Assembly: GCA_963740355.1 (NCBI GenBank)
Contig: CAVUDW010000005.1
Coordinates: 1 to 29,188, forward strand
DNA from: an uncultured Gemmatimonadaceae bacterium
GTDB taxonomy: Bacteria > Gemmatimonadota > Gemmatimonadetes > Gemmatimonadales > Gemmatimonadaceae
Length of the DNA stretch: 29,188 nucleotides
Direction of reading: 5' to 3'
The notes below the pieces were generated by a model. It was not told the DNA's origin. It did no database searches and saw only the letters and a program-made list of their open reading frames with translations. This document shows, in pieces, positions 10,005 through 19,951 of the stretch (position 1 is its first letter; every line of letters starts with the position of its first letter). A program made the position numbers and the translations under genes.

Positions 10005-11455
10005 ATCACCTCATATTTCGCTGGCTCGCCGGTCACCATGCACTTGGTGGGGGGATTCGGTGAACGGAATTCGGGGTCAGGAATGCAGCGGATCGTCGCC
10101 TTCGTTTCTTCCTTCACCTTGGCCTCGACCGCTGGATCGCCGTTCCAGCCGGCGTACACGAAGCCACCGGGGCCTTCCATGATCTCCTTGAAGCGGTCAT
10201 ACGTGATCTCGCCGCGATAGCTGTTCGCCTCGCGCCTTGCGATGGCCGCGGCGAACATGTCGGCCTGCATGCTATCGAGCATCTGGTGAATCGTCACCAG
10301 CACGCCATCCAGCGAGACCGCATTCTTGCCCTTCACGTCGCGCCGCACGAGGACGCACTGATTCGCGGCCACGTCGCGCGGACCGATCTCCATTCGGATC
10401 GGAATACCACGAAGCTCCCAGTGGAAGTACTTCGCACCCGGCTTGATCCCAATCCGGTCATCGACATGCGCGGTGACGCGCCCAGCGATTCCGCGCTCTC
10501 GACCACTGATCTCGGCCTTCACCTTGTGCGCCAGCTCGAACACCGTCGCGCGCTCCTCATCCGTCTTCCAGATAGGAACGATCACGACCTCGGTTGGTGC
10601 GAGGCGGGGCGGAATCTGCAGGCCATTGTCATCACCGTGCGTCATCACCAGGCCGCCGATCATGCGGGTGCTCACGCCCCAACTGGTGTTCCAGGCGTGC
10701 TCGATGCCGCCCGCCTCAGTCTGGAACGTGAGATCGAACGCCTTCGAGAAATTCTGGCCGAGGTTGTGCGACGTACCGGCCTGCAGCGCACGATTGTCCT
10801 GCATCATCGCTTCGCAGGAATAGGTGCGGACCGCGCCCGCAAACCGCTCACTGTCGGTCTTCTGGCCCGTGATCACCGGCATGGCCATCCATTGCTCCAT
10901 GAAGGTGCGATATACGCCAAGCATCTGGCGCGTCTCGATCTCCGCTTCATCATGCGTGGCGTGCGCCGTATGCCCTTCCTGCCAGAGGAATTCGGTGGTG
11001 CGCAGGAACAAGCGCGTGCGCATTTCCCAGCGCACGACATTGGCCCACTGGTTGTAGAGAAACGGCAGGTCCCGATAGCTCTGCAGCCACTTGGAGAACA
11101 TGTGGTAGATGATCGTCTCCGACGTGGGCCGCACCACCAGCGGCTCCTCGAGTTTCGATCCGCCACCATGCGTGACGACGGCCAGTTCCGGCGCGAAGCC
11201 TTCCACGTGACTGGCTTCCTTCTTGAGGAAGCTTTCCGGGATGAAGAGCGGGAAGTACGCGTTGCGGTGGCCCGTCGCCTTGAACATCTGGTCGAGCGCC
11301 ATCTGCATGCGCTCCCAGATGCCGTAGCCGTCAGGGCGAATCACCATGCAGCCGCGAACCGGCGAGTAGTCGGCCAGCTCGGCCTTCAGCACCAGTTCGT
11401 TGTACCACGCGCTGAAATCCTCGGCACGGGTCGGAAGTTTCTTGTCGTCGCTCAT
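9986..11455 (-). CDS. proS: Prolyl-tRNA synthetase, archaeal/eukaryote-like type (no INS editing domain)
   Basis: [59 protein letters not shown]-terminal ...AKAY. Confidence 0.97.
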   Translation of the reverse strand: MSDDKKLPTRAEDFSAWYNELVLKAELADYSPVRGCMVIRPDGYGIWERMQMALDQMFKATGHRNAYFPLFIPESFLKKEASHVEGFAPELAVVTHGGGSKLEEPLVVRPTSETIIYHMFSKWLQSYRDLPFLYNQWANVVRWEMRTRLFLRTTEFLWQEGHTAHATHDEAEIETRQMLGVYRTFMEQWMAMPVITGQKTDSERFAGAVRTYSCEAMMQDNRALQAGTSHNLGQNFSKAFDLTFQTEAGGIEHAWNTSWGVSTRMIGGLVMTHGDDNGLQIPPRLAPTEVVIVPIWKTDEERATVFELAHKVKAEISGRERGIAGRVTAHVDDRIGIKPGAKYFHWELRGIPIRMEIGPRDVAANQCVLVRRDVKGKNAVSLDGVLVTIHQMLDSMQADMFAAAIARREANSYRGEITYDRFKEIMEGPGGFVYAGWNGDPAVEAKVKEETKATIRCIPDPEFRSPNPPTKCMVTGEPAKYEVIWAKAY

Positions 11456-11504
11456 GCTGCTCCGTCAGTGCACACCGGCACTGGCTGTTGGGGATCCTGG
11501 CTGC

Positions 11505-12801
11505 TCACCGCAGGTCGGCGAGCCATGTTGCCAGCACCACCGGGGTTTCCGTACCTGTCGTCAGATCGCGCAGCGTCCCCTGCTCGGGTGCATCGCTGCG
11601 CAGGATCAGTGCTTGTGCTGCGCCCGCACTCACGGCGGCCTTCAGTTGCTTGCTGAGTTGCTGCGGGCGCAACGCGTATTCCACGCGTCGCCCAGCGCGA
11701 CGCAGCGTACCGACCACCTCGCGCAAGTCGGACTCCATCGACATCTTCACCTGCGGCCACCCACACATCCGGCGATGGCGGGGCCGACGGCAACAAGCCC
11801 CTGTCGCGCAACAGCTCGCCCAGCACGACGTCACCCCAACCGAAACCCGCGGCGGGCATGTCCACCCCACCGAGGGCGTTCAGCAGGTCGTCGTAGCGAC
11901 CGCCACCACACACCGCGCGGAGTTCACCCTTGGCGTCGAACACCTCGAACACGATACCCGTGTAATACGCGAGGCCTCGCACGATCGTGAGGTCGAGACG
12001 GACCCACGGTGCAACCGCAGTGCCGATCAGCGATTCGGTCATCTCCAGCGTGTCCTGCATCGCGCTCAGTCGAGCGGCACCGTCCTCATCATGCAGCACG
12101 GCTGTCAACGCGGCGACACCGTCACGATTGGTCGACTCGATCAGTGCCAGCAAGCGATCGACCTGCTCGACACTGCATCCCGATGCAACGAGCTTCTCGA
12201 TCGACAATTCCCGTGGCTGCCGATCCAGCTTGTCGAGCACGCCGTAAATCGACGGGATGCGATCGTCCGGATGCCCCATCGCGCGCAGCACGGCGTTGAG
12301 CAAGCGACGATCGGACAACCGCACTCGCACGTCGTCGCTGGTGAGCCCGAACTCGCGCAGGATATCGATCACCAGGGCGAGCAATTCAGCGTCGGTCGAC
12401 TCGCCACCATCGCCGAAGATGTCCGCATTCAACTGGAAGTGCTCGCGCAGGCGACCACGCTGTGCACGCTCGTAGCGGAACAGCTGCGGGATCGAGAACC
12501 AGCGGACCGGCTTGCGGAGTGCATTCGCCTGCGCTGCCACCATGCGCGCCACTGTCGGCGTCATCTCGGGCCGAAGTGAGACCTCGCGCCCGCCCTTGTC
12601 GACGAAGTTGTACAGCTGGTCGACGATCTCTGCGCCGCTCTTCTTCGTGTACAGTTCGAGCGGCTCGAGGGGCGGGCCATCATACTCGACAAACCCGTAT
12701 CGCGCCGCCACACGGCGCCAGGTCGCAAAGATGTGGGCGCGCTCGGCGAACGACGGGGGATAGAAGTCGCGAAAACCGTTCAGTGGGCGGATCGATGCCA
12801 T
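11505..12801 (-). CDS. hisS: Histidyl-tRNA synthetase, apparent frameshift near 11739
   Basis: GFRDFYP, LRPEMT, FRYERAQRGRLREHFQ, RGLAYYTG, GGGRYD. The anticodon-binding domain (LRRAGRRVEY..LSKQLKAA..GA..LRDLTTG) lies in another frame ending at 11505. Confidence 0.93.
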
Positions 12802-12807
12802 CAGCCA

Positions 12808-12837
12808 AGCTTACCCGGCTAGGGGATTGATCTGCAA
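12808..12837 (-). promoter_or_regulatory. Putative internal promoter giving a leaderless hisS mRNA
   Basis: TTGCAG, 18 nt spacer, TAAGCT, 6 nt, ATG. The -10 includes the folC TAA stop. Confidence 0.5.
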
Positions 12838-14118
12838 CAGCTGCATCGCGTCGCCGACCGTGTGAAATGAACCCGTCACCAGCACCGTTTCCGCGTCGTT
12901 GCGTGACGATGCCAAGGCGTCGGCAAAATCAGGATCCGCCGAGACCGCGCACCGATCCCCTGCCCGCTCACGTGCATACGCGGCCACATCCTGCAGCGGC
13001 CAGCGACGCGAGGCGGGGGCAGTCGGCGCATCGGTCAGCCACAGGTGGTCCACCACCGGGATCAGCGCATCCAGCATGGCACGCCAGTCCTTGTCCGAGA
13101 GGACGCACACCACCGCCGCGAGCGGGCGTGGCAACTCGACGGCTCGAAGGGACTGCACCACCGTGAACATGCCGTCCGGATTGTGCGCCACATCGAACAA
13201 CCACGGGCCGACGCTCTGAAATCTTCCGGCCAGACGCGTGTGCCCGACACCGTCCGCCAGCACCGTTGCATCGGGCACCCACGCGCCGCCTGCGGCCCGC
13301 AGGACGCTCACGGCGGTCGCGACGTTCTGCGCCTGATGCGCCCCCATGAGCGAGCTCGTCAGCGCGAGAGGCGCCCCATGGTCATGGAAGGTCATTTCGG
13401 TGCCGGATCCGGTCACCTGCACTCGTTCGAGCGGCAGGACAGCCGGCGCCACGATCACCGCCGAGGCACCCGCGACAGCGGCAGCCTCTGACAACGTCTT
13501 CACCACGGCAGGATCGCGTTCCCCAATGACGGCGGGCACATCGCGCTTGAAGATGCCGGCCTTCTCCAATGCAATCTCCGTCAGCGTCTCGCCCAGATAT
13601 TCGCGATGATCGAGGCCGATCGCCGTTACGGCGGCCACCAGCGGCGTGATGACATTCGTCGAGTCCAGTCTGCCACCGAGACCCACTTCGACCACCGCGA
13701 CATCGACGCCGGCCGACACGAGCAGGTCGAAGGCCATCGCCGTCGTCGCTTCGAAGAACGTCGCACCCAGCGCGTCGATGTCCTGCTGGTGACGTTCGAG
13801 CCACGCCATGATCAGCGATTCCTCGACCGCCACACCGTTGATCAGCACGCGTTCACGAAAATCGATCAAGTGCGGCGACGAATATCGGCCCACGCGATAG
13901 CCCATGCGTTGCAGCACGGCGTCGAGCGTGGCGCAGGTGCTTCCCTTGCCGTTCGTGCCGGCAACGTGAAATGCCTGCATTCGTTCGTGCGGCGACCCGC
14001 ACGCGGCAAGGAGTGCTCGCGTGCGATCGAGACCGAGTCGGACTCCGTGCGTGGTGCGGGCTGCCAGGGCCGCGATGGCCGCGCGGTAGTCCGGAGACGC
14101 CGCGAGGCCATCCGTCAT
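12811..14118 (-). CDS. folC: Dihydrofolate/folylpolyglutamate synthase
   Basis: HVAGTNGKGS, SSPHL..FRER, TFFE, EVGLGGRLDSTN, EKAGIFK, DVAHN, GSFH. Confidence 0.95.
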   Translation of the reverse strand: MTDGLAASPDYRAAIAALAARTTHGVRLGLDRTRALLAACGSPHERMQAFHVAGTNGKGSTCATLDAVLQRMGYRVGRYSSPHLIDFRERVLINGVAVEESLIMAWLERHQQDIDALGATFFEATTAMAFDLLVSAGVDVAVVEVGLGGRLDSTNVITPLVAAVTAIGLDHREYLGETLTEIALEKAGIFKRDVPAVIGERDPAVVKTLSEAAAVAGASAVIVAPAVLPLERVQVTGSGTEMTFHDHGAPLALTSSLMGAHQAQNVATAVSVLRAAGGAWVPDATVLADGVGHTRLAGRFQSVGPWLFDVAHNPDGMFTVVQSLRAVELPRPLAAVVCVLSDKDWRAMLDALIPVVDHLWLTDAPTAPASRRWPLQDVAAYARERAGDRCAVSADPDFADALASSRNDAETVLVTGSFHTVGDAMQLLQINPLAG

Positions 14119-14123
14119 CCCGG

Positions 14124-14987
14124 TCAGGCCGCCGACCAGCCTGATGCTGCCGGCTTGCCTGTCATGTGGCGCAGCAGCCGACCGACGGTCGCCTTCAACT
14201 CGTGGCGATGCACCACCGAATCAAGCATGCCGTGCTCCATCAGGAATTCGGCCGTCTGGAAGCCATCGGGCAGGTCCTGCCCAATCGTCTGCTTGATCAC
14301 GCGCGGACCAGCAAAACCGATCACGGCACCTGGCTCGGCAATGATGGCGTCGCCAAGCATCGCGTAGCTGGCGCTCACACCACCGGTGGTCGGGTTGGTG
14401 AGGATCGAGATGTACGGGATGCGTCGCTCGGCGAGCATCGACAACATCGCGGACACCTTGGCCATCTGCATCAGCGACAGCACACCCTCTTGCATGCGTG
14501 CGCCACCAGACGCCGACACGATCACGAGCGGAAACTTCTTCTCCAGCGAATGCTGGCCGAGACGCGCAAGCTTCTCACCAACGACCGAGCCCATCGAGCC
14601 ACCCATGAACGCAAAATCCATTGCGCCCACGTTGAGCGGCATGCCAGCGATGCGACCTGTCGCCGTGATCACGGCGTCCTGGTCCCCGGCATTCGTCAGC
14701 GACTTCTTGAGCCGCGCCGGGTAGTCAGGAAAACTCAGCGGATCGGTGGACCGAAGGTCGGTCTCGGTCTCGTCGATCGTCTCCTCATCGAGGAGGATCG
14801 AGAGATAGTCGCTGGCGCGAATGCGACGGTGATAGTCGCAGTTCGGGCAGACATTCAGATTCCGCTCGAAATTCTCGCGGATGTCCGTGTGCCCACACGC
14901 TTCGCACTTGACCCACGCGTCGCGAGGGATCTCGAGCTTCTCGCGCCGGGGCTGCCGGGGCTTCTTTTCCTTGCGGAACCATGCCAT
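14124..14987 (-). CDS. accD: Acetyl-CoA carboxylase carboxyltransferase beta subunit
   Basis: C4 zinc finger (CEAC...CPNC), FMGGSMGSVVGEK, SGGARMQEG, PTTGGVSAS, GFAGPRVI. Confidence 0.97.
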   Translation of the reverse strand: MAWFRKEKKPRQPRREKLEIPRDAWVKCEACGHTDIRENFERNLNVCPNCDYHRRIRASDYLSILLDEETIDETETDLRSTDPLSFPDYPARLKKSLTNAGDQDAVITATGRIAGMPLNVGAMDFAFMGGSMGSVVGEKLARLGQHSLEKKFPLVIVSASGGARMQEGVLSLMQMAKVSAMLSMLAERRIPYISILTNPTTGGVSASYAMLGDAIIAEPGAVIGFAGPRVIKQTIGQDLPDGFQTAEFLMEHGMLDSVVHRHELKATVGRLLRHMTGKPAASGWSAA

Positions 14988-14992
14988 CCCCT

Positions 14993-15021
14993 AATCTCGC
15001 TAGGCAGGGGAATGTGGGCAA
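14993..15021 (-). promoter_or_regulatory. Putative promoter directly before accD (leaderless-like)
   Basis: TTGCCC, 17 nt spacer, GAGATT, 5 nt, ATG. Confidence 0.4.
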
Positions 15022-15066
15022 TGCTTCGGGTTGCCATCCGGTCGCGGCGACAGGCCAGTCCGCCGC

Positions 15067-16311
15067 TCAGATGGCCGTGAGTTCGCCTCGACCGCGCCCT
15101 TCTCGCGAGATGCGCATCAACACGCCGACCGACAGCCAGGAGGCGAGCATGAAGCTCCCGCCGTAGCTGAAGAACGGCAGTGGAATTCCGGTGATCGGCA
15201 TCAGGTTGAGGGTCATCCCGACGTTCTCGATCACATGGACCAGCCAGCTGGCCAGCAGCCCGAACGCGATCAGGCTGGCATAGGGGTCATTGGCCCGGCT
15301 GGAGATCCGGATGGCCCGGAGGAACAGGGCCAGAAACAGCGTCAGCGCCAGGGTGACACCGATGAATCCGAGTTCCTCACCAACCACGGCAAAGATGAAG
15401 TCGGTCTGCTGCTCAGGCACGAAGTTGAGTCGTTTCTGCGTCCCGAGCGTAAAGCCCTTCCCGAACCAGCCGCCTGAGCCGATCGCCACCTGCGACTGGA
15501 TGACGTGGTAGCCCGATGCCTTGGCGTCGATGCTGGGGTCGAGGAACACCAGCAGCCGCTTCTGCTGATACGGTGCCAGCTTCTCCCACAGGATCGGAGC
15601 CACGACGCCTGTCACCACGTTGATGCAGACGAGGATGATGCCCTCCACCAGATACGGTCGGTAGAGCCAGACGAGGCCGAGCAGGAGCAGGAACCAGGCG
15701 CCCCACAGTCGGGTGCTGAATGCGAGCACGAGACTGATTGCGGGGCTGGCGATCAGCAGCAGCAGACGCCAGTTCACGCCCGACCAGAACAGCATCGCGA
15801 AGAAGATGCCGATGAAGACGATGCCAGTGCCCAGGTCAGGCTGCAGCATGATCAGCACCCAGGGAATGCCGACCACCAAGGCTGGGTGCCACAACTCGAG
15901 CAGCGATTCCGGAGGCTCGCGCCGATTGGCGAGCACGCGCGCAAGCATCAGCACGACGGTGAGCTTCGCCAACTCCGCTGGTTGCCCGATGCGCACGCCA
16001 CCGATCACCAGCCAACTCTTCGAACTGGCCGCTGTTCCTGCGCCGCTGCCGATGGCGAGCGTGAGCACGAGCATCAGCAGGGTGATCACATACGCAAACG
16101 GCGTCAGCCAATCGAGGAACCGCACGGAGGCCGTACTGGCCGCGAAGGCCGCACAGACGGCAATGACGAACCAGATCGACTGCGTCTTCCAGAGGTTCGC
16201 GACGAACGTCATGGTGTCCGTCTGCCCCGCCGAGTAGACCATGGCGATGCCGAACGAACTGAGTGCCAGTGCAATCAGCACCAGCGGGATGTCAGGAATC
16301 CGCTTCGTCAT
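15067..16311 (-). CDS. rodA: Rod shape-determining SEDS glycosyltransferase RodA
   Basis: QPAELAK, QPDLGT, GYHVIQSQVAIGSGG, PEQQTDFIF..GEE, GIPLPFFSYGGS. Follows PBP2. Confidence 0.96.
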   Translation of the reverse strand: MTKRIPDIPLVLIALALSSFGIAMVYSAGQTDTMTFVANLWKTQSIWFVIAVCAAFAASTASVRFLDWLTPFAYVITLLMLVLTLAIGSGAGTAASSKSWLVIGGVRIGQPAELAKLTVVLMLARVLANRREPPESLLELWHPALVVGIPWVLIMLQPDLGTGIVFIGIFFAMLFWSGVNWRLLLLIASPAISLVLAFSTRLWGAWFLLLLGLVWLYRPYLVEGIILVCINVVTGVVAPILWEKLAPYQQKRLLVFLDPSIDAKASGYHVIQSQVAIGSGGWFGKGFTLGTQKRLNFVPEQQTDFIFAVVGEELGFIGVTLALTLFLALFLRAIRISSRANDPYASLIAFGLLASWLVHVIENVGMTLNLMPITGIPLPFFSYGGSFMLASWLSVGVLMRISREGRGRGELTAI

Positions 16312-18074
16312 TCGGTGGCGATCAGGGGTGCAGTCGTCGCCTTGAGGTACCGTTCCATCACCTTGGTGGCGATACGAGCCGCCACGTAGCCGTGCTCACC
16401 ATACTCGACGAAAACGCCGACCACGATGCGTGGCTTGTCGGCGGGCGCAAACCCCATGAACCAGGCGTGATCCTTGTTCGGTGGGTTCTGCGCGGTTCCG
16501 GTCTTGCCCGCCACCGTGATCCCCTCGATGCGAGCGCTGTTTGCCGTGCCGCGGCTGCTCACCACGCCCGCCATCGCCAGTCGCAGACCCATCATCTGTG
16601 GCTCGGTCAGGTTCATCATCTGCAGCCGCTCCGGATTGCGCGACACGATCTCTGGCCGCGCCGCCTTGCCATCCGTTGCGAGGGCCGTGTAGAACCGCGC
16701 CATGTTGATCAAGGTCTGTGCGTTTTCGCCCTGACCGATCGAGAGGTTCAGCGACACCGAGCCCGGCACCCACCCGCGTGACCCGTACCGCTCGTTGAAA
16801 TAGTTCTGCGCGTCCGGCGGAAACTGTGGCTGTGTTTCGTTCGGCAGGTCCACGCCTGACCGTTCACGCATCTTCAGCTTCAATCCGCCAGCCACCATGC
16901 GCGAAAGGCCGAGCTTGAGACCAACCTGATAGAAGTACACGTCGCAGCTCTGCTCGATCGCCTGGCGCAGGCTGATGTCGCCGTGTCCCTTGTGATTCCA
17001 GCAGCGGAAATAGCGGCCGTAACGGTAGCCGCCAGTGCATGGCTGCGGCATGTGATCGTCGAGCTGCACCAGCCCCGCTTCCATCGCGATGACCGAGGTG
17101 GCCAGCTTCCATGTCGAGGCTGGTGGATACCGGCCCTGGATCACCTTGTTGTAGAGCGGACGCCGCTCATCGGTGTTGAGTTCGCGCCAGTAGTCCGCCG
17201 GGATGCCACCGACGAATCGATTCGGGTCGTACGTCGGCGCGCTGTGGAGTGCGAGCACTGCGCCGGTGGTCGGATCGAGGGCCACGACACCTGCGCGCAG
17301 CGAGTCGCCAAGCAGGTTGACCACGAACATCTGTAGGTCCATGTCGATGTTCGTGCGCAACGGCTTGGCCGCCTGTGGCTCTTCTTCCGGGCGCGCACCG
17401 GCATCGCGCACCACGCGGCCACGCGCATCCACCTCGACGTACCGCACCCCTTCCTTGCCGCGCAGCTGCGACTCGTAGGCGCGCTCGAGACCACCCTTGC
17501 CGATCTGCTGGCCTGGCTTGTAGTCCGAGTGGAGCGTGTCTGCGAGTTCCTTCTCGGTCACTTCGCCCGTGTAGCCCACGAACGACGCGACGGCGGGACC
17601 GTCCGGGTAGTAGCGCTTCGGTGTGCTCTGGATGATCAGGCTCGGGTTTTCGACCCGACGCTCCTCGAGCACTGCGACGACGTCGAACGGCGCATCAGGC
17701 AGGATGACCGCTGGTCGCGTCGGATTTTTCCGCCAGCGACGTACCGCCGCTTCGACCTGCTCATCCGTGATCGGAATGATGTTCGAGAGCCGACGCATCG
17801 CAGTCCGCAGCGAATCGGCACTCGGGCTGAGCAAGGAGACAGCGTAGCCCGGCAGGTTCTCCGCAATCACCCGACCATTTCGGTCGTAGATGATGCCGCG
17901 TGGCGCGGCCAGCGGTACTTCCCGGAATCGATTCTGTTCCGCCTGCGCGAGGTATTCCTTGTTTCGCAGCACCTGCGCGCGAAAGAAGGCCGAGGTCAGC
18001 GCGAGGAATCCGACGCCGAGAAGCACGCGTGCGACAGTAGCGCGCCGCGAGACGTCGTTTGGATGGTAACTCAC
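16308..18074 (-). CDS. mrdA: Penicillin-binding protein 2
   Basis: APRGIIYDRNG, SxxK (STWK), SCD, KTGTAQ. GTG start at 18074 overlaps the mreD stop; the ORF-track extension to 18302 overlaps mreD and is rejected. Confidence 0.95.
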   Translation of the reverse strand: MSYHPNDVSRRATVARVLLGVGFLALTSAFFRAQVLRNKEYLAQAEQNRFREVPLAAPRGIIYDRNGRVIAENLPGYAVSLLSPSADSLRTAMRRLSNIIPITDEQVEAAVRRWRKNPTRPAVILPDAPFDVVAVLEERRVENPSLIIQSTPKRYYPDGPAVASFVGYTGEVTEKELADTLHSDYKPGQQIGKGGLERAYESQLRGKEGVRYVEVDARGRVVRDAGARPEEEPQAAKPLRTNIDMDLQMFVVNLLGDSLRAGVVALDPTTGAVLALHSAPTYDPNRFVGGIPADYWRELNTDERRPLYNKVIQGRYPPASTWKLATSVIAMEAGLVQLDDHMPQPCTGGYRYGRYFRCWNHKGHGDISLRQAIEQSCDVYFYQVGLKLGLSRMVAGGLKLKMRERSGVDLPNETQPQFPPDAQNYFNERYGSRGWVPGSVSLNLSIGQGENAQTLINMARFYTALATDGKAARPEIVSRNPERLQMMNLTEPQMMGLRLAMAGVVSSRGTANSARIEGITVAGKTGTAQNPPNKDHAWFMGFAPADKPRIVVGVFVEYGEHGYVAARIATKVMERYLKATTAPLIATE

Positions 18075-18562
18075 GCGCGTGCCGGCTTCAGCATCGGGCG
18101 CAGCACGGCGAAGAGCAGAGCGCCCGTCACGGCCGTTGCCGCAGCCGACAGCGGAGCCCACACGAGCGCCGACACGGCGAAGCCCGACTCGAAGCCACGT
18201 CCCGACAGGAAGAGTCGCATCAGGATCACACCCCACGCGCTGGCAAAGATCACGATGCCGTCCAGCACGGCATTTTCCGCGAAGAACGCGGCTTTCAGCC
18301 ACGACGTGACGTACCCCACAATCGTCAATGCGAGCATGGCACTGCCGAACCCCGCCGGTGCGGCGGCATCAGAGGCGGCCCCGAGGAGCAAGCCAAGCAC
18401 TGCGCCAACGCCAGGTCGCACACGAATCGACAGGAGCAGAAGCGCCAACACGAGAAAATCGATCTCGATCCGATCCCCGATCAACGGGCGCAATACGAAG
18501 TGCGCAACCACGAGGATCGAGACAGCCACCATCAAGCGAATCCAGTCGTACAGGCCGCTCAC
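18071..18562 (-). CDS. mreD: Rod shape-determining protein MreD
   Basis: 163-aa multi-TM protein between mreC and mrdA, with GTGA overlaps at both ends. Confidence 0.88.
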   Translation of the reverse strand: MSGLYDWIRLMVAVSILVVAHFVLRPLIGDRIEIDFLVLALLLLSIRVRPGVGAVLGLLLGAASDAAAPAGFGSAMLALTIVGYVTSWLKAAFFAENAVLDGIVIFASAWGVILMRLFLSGRGFESGFAVSALVWAPLSAAATAVTGALLFAVLRPMLKPARA

Positions 18563-19944
18563 GCACGCCCTCCCGCAGGGGGCAGTCGGAACGGGTTCTC
18601 AGGAGGCTTGGTCTTGTTTCGTCCTTGCGCCGAGTCGGCGCGCGGCTTGCTGCTGTCAACGCGGGGCCGTGCCTGGGCCGTGGGACGCGATGCCCGCGGA
18701 ACCACTGGCTTCGTCCCTGCCGCCGCGGGATTCGTGCTCGTCGCTGGTGTTCGAACCGCGCTGCCCGGAGCGGTCGACGGCGTCGTTACCGGTGGCCGCG
18801 CTGGGGACGGCGCGGTGGTCGGAACACCGGTCGGCACCGCTGGCTTCGCCACCGGCGCGGTGGCCGGCGCAGACGAAGGTGCCGTGCTGCCGGCAGGCGG
18901 CACCGCCGCACCGGCTGTCGTGGGACGGGCGACGGCATGTGTGGAATCACCCTCGACCCGCACGCCGCTGTCGCCGCGATAAATCGCGGCCCGCCGCAAG
19001 GAGTCGAGCAGGGCGAGCTGCGCCAACTGCGCCTGTACGCGGCGCACCGAGTCCGCGAGAACGGAGTCGCCGGCCACGGCAATGTTTTTCTGCGTGCCCT
19101 CGGCGGCAGCGGCGCTGCTCCACGCACCAGTGACGCCAGCGGCAGCCCGCGGAGGCAGCAGCACCATCGCCGCCGTCGCCTCGTCGGGAGAGACGATCGG
19201 GCGAATCAGGTAGGTGCGCGCCCAGCCTTCAATCGTCTTCGTTTCGCGCAATACGACACCAATTGGAATTCCGCGCGGGAAGACGTTGCCGAGTCCCGAA
19301 CTGACGATCAGTGTGCCCGGCTTCAATTCGCTGCGGAACGGGACACCGCGCATCTCGAGCAGGAACCGATCAGCACCAGAACCCAGGTGCGCCGCAACGA
19401 TTCCGAACGCCACACCATCCGGTGTGGTTGCACTGGCACGGAAGTCGGGATGCGTCCACAGGATCGCCGTGCTCGAACTGGCATCCACGGTGGTCACCAT
19501 GCCTATCAAGCCTTCCGGCACCACCAGTGGCGAGAACGGTCGCACACCGGCGGCACTCCCGGCCGCCAGCAGGACCGTGTGTTCGTCAGCGCCGCGCGGG
19601 GGATGCATGATCTCGGTGGCCACGAAGCCCCACTGCAGGCGCGCACCGAGGCCGAGCATGGAGCGCAGGCGTTCATTCTCGGAGCGCAACACGGTTGTCG
19701 ACTGCACGCCCAGCGCGAGACTGTCGACGCGTGAGACGAGGCGACCATGATCGCCGATCGCCTGTCGCCCCCGCTCCGCCCAGGCCTGCGCCGACACCAG
19801 TGGTGCCGCGACGCTCGACCGGAGCAATCCCTGTACGCGACCACGCGCCGCCGAGGGCAGGATCAGTGATGCAACTGCGAGAGCCAGCGCCACGCCGAGC
19901 AGCGCCAGATCAGTGCGCGTTCCCGTGCGAGACGTGCGCGCCAT
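18559..19944 (-). CDS. mreC: Rod shape-determining protein MreC with a long low-complexity C-terminal tail
   Basis: N-terminal TM, ENERLRSML coiled coil, GLIG, SSGLGNVFPRGIPIG. Directly after mreB. Confidence 0.93.
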   Translation of the reverse strand: MARTSRTGTRTDLALLGVALALAVASLILPSAARGRVQGLLRSSVAAPLVSAQAWAERGRQAIGDHGRLVSRVDSLALGVQSTTVLRSENERLRSMLGLGARLQWGFVATEIMHPPRGADEHTVLLAAGSAAGVRPFSPLVVPEGLIGMVTTVDASSSTAILWTHPDFRASATTPDGVAFGIVAAHLGSGADRFLLEMRGVPFRSELKPGTLIVSSGLGNVFPRGIPIGVVLRETKTIEGWARTYLIRPIVSPDEATAAMVLLPPRAAAGVTGAWSSAAAAEGTQKNIAVAGDSVLADSVRRVQAQLAQLALLDSLRRAAIYRGDSGVRVEGDSTHAVARPTTAGAAVPPAGSTAPSSAPATAPVAKPAVPTGVPTTAPSPARPPVTTPSTAPGSAVRTPATSTNPAAAGTKPVVPRASRPTAQARPRVDSSKPRADSAQGRNKTKPPENPFRLPPAGGRA

Positions 19945-19951
19945 GCTTGCC

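Noticed and set aside
18075..18302. ORF-track N-terminal extension of mrdA (similar extensions for guaA, dusB, EIIA)
   Set aside because: These extensions overlap neighbouring genes or promoters, and better starts exist at stop/start overlaps or behind SD/promoter motifs.
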